The position numbers and the translations under genes are program-made. Below, piece after piece: positions 62,512 through 64,000 of a stretch of DNA of 64,000 nucleotides. A model generated the notes under the pieces. It was given only the letters and a program-made list of their open reading frames with translations. It made no database searches and was not told the DNA's origin. Positions within the stretch are counted from its first letter, which is position 1; each line of letters begins with the position of its first letter. The stretch is from Moniliella sp. 'wahieum'. Lineage: Eukaryota. Location of the stretch: positions 620,001 through 684,000 of the forward strand of contig RSEE01000019.1 in assembly GCA_003971905.1 (NCBI GenBank). Direction: 5' to 3'.

Positions 62512-64000
62512 ATGTCGCATGCGCCAGCACCAGAGGCGTACGACGAGGGCTCGTACGACCCTTATGCCCACACTCTCTACGCAGACCATCCCCCCCCCGC
62601 CAGCCATGCCGCCTCTTTCTCCGCCTCCAGCACCCCGCTCGACGCCCTGCAGCAGGTGCGGCTGCAGCAGCTGCATACCCGCAAGCGTTCTGGCTGGATC
62701 GCCGATGCCGACATCGCCTCTCCCATTATGGGCTTCGAAACGTTGCGCGACCAAAAGGACGGCTCAGAGTCACCCCCCGAAAAGTGGGCAGATGGCCTGG
62801 TTACCCTCCCTCGCAGACCGACTTGTCCAAAAAGGGCGTCAGCCCCGATGTTTCCACCTCCCTCCTATTCTCCCTCTCATTCCTATGGCGGTGTCTTCCT
62901 TTCTCCGGGGCAATCCGTCTCTGGGTTGGGCATCCAGACAAATGCCTTGCCTGGTGCATCATCCAGCTGTCCAGCCCGTCGAGTGCAACCTGTGTTTCTT
63001 CCCCCTTCAAGGAAGGAGCCAGCGTGTTCGGATCTGCGTCACGGTACGGGATGGTAGACCCCAACATGCAAAACAACGCGCTCCTTTACAATGATCTCGC
63101 CGACCTGGATGATGACCTGCACCGCCTTGGCCCGGACGATGCCAAATATGCCAACAAGAACAAAGGGATCAGTGCTCGTGGTGTGGTCAACCTTGGCACC
63201 CTGATCGTCCTGATCCTTGGGTTACTGATGCTGTTTGCTGGCTACCCGATTCTTACCGCCTTCTCCACCAAGCACGACTCGCTGGGTGCCTATGGCCTAG
63301 GCGGGACCAACGGTTCAGGCCAAGTGTCCAGCATTCCGGGCGTCGCACCACCTTGATCGACCCCGACACGCCCCAGGAAGCCTACACTCGCCCCGCCGCC
63401 TTCGGCTCGGGCACGATGAACCTCGTCTTTTCGGACGAGTTCAACACCCCCGGCCGCAGCTTTACCCGGGCGATGATGCGTTTTGGGAAGCCGTGGACCT
63501 GCACTATTGGGCTACCAACAACTATGAATGGTACGACCCAGCGGCAGTTACCACGGCCAATGGTGCGCTGCAGCTGACGCTGAGCCAGCACCCGGAGCAC
63601 AACCTCAACTTCCGCGGCGGCATGATTCAAACGTGGAACAAGTTTTGCTTTACGGGTGGCGTGTTGGTCGTCAGTGTTCGTCTGCCGGGTAAGGCTAAGG
63701 TGGCTGGTCTCTGGCCTGCAGTGTGGCTTATGGGCAATCTGGGCCGCGCTGGTTACGGTGCGACCCTCGAGGGCACGTGGCCCTACAGCTACGTACGACG
63801 CGTGCGATGTGGGTACCTTGCCCAACCAGACCGACCCAGTGACGATGCTACCCGACACAACCGAGCTTGGAAATTGCGGTTTCAACCAAAAACACTTTAC
63901 CAAGTCGCTCTCTTTCCTCCCTGGCCAGCGTCTGTCAGCATGTACCTGCCCTGGCGATGACCATCCGGGACCGCAGTTCCCCAACGGATCCTATGCGGGC
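62512..64000 (+). CDS. KRE6: Kre6/Skn1 beta-1,6-glucan synthesis-associated GH16 protein (3'-truncated by the window)
   Basis: RGVVNLGTLIVLILGLLMLFAGYPI (TM), LIDPDTP, LVFSDEFNTPGRSF, DLHYWATNNYEWYDP, WNKFCFTGG, GLWPAVWLMGNLGRAGYGATLEGTWPYSY. Confidence 0.93.

Overview
Compact, GC-rich fungal genomic DNA with short GT-AG introns and CTAAC/CTGAC branch points. It is basidiomycete-like, possibly Ustilaginomycotina, judged only from remembered protein similarity. The window holds 21 protein genes: Lec1/YPR097W-like (partial), PKC1, PacC/Rim101, Ede1, NOP1, gamma-tubulin, RPN3, p24, IPP1, bL32m, F-box/WD40, COQ3, NADP-IDH, Bud6, NOP2, OPA3-like, AcuM/Rds2-like Zn2Cys6 factor, MAK10, uS19m, IQGAP and KRE6/SKN1 (partial). 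Almost all carry single-base frameshifts, best explained as uncorrected long-read indels, so gene boundaries are approximate. There are two retroelement-debris zones (0.65-2.7 kb and 42.2-50.3 kb) that share a diverged LTR family. The second zone has two oppositely oriented decayed Copia elements and sits in a visibly lower-GC trough (centromere candidate). Best leads: a perfect PTS2 nonapeptide on inorganic pyrophosphatase, a PTS1 plus possible N-terminal extension on NADP-IDH, a hairpin-dense intergenic segment with H/ACA-like geometry at 24.2-24.6 kb, and recurrent promoter motifs. All calls were made by eye, with no searches run.
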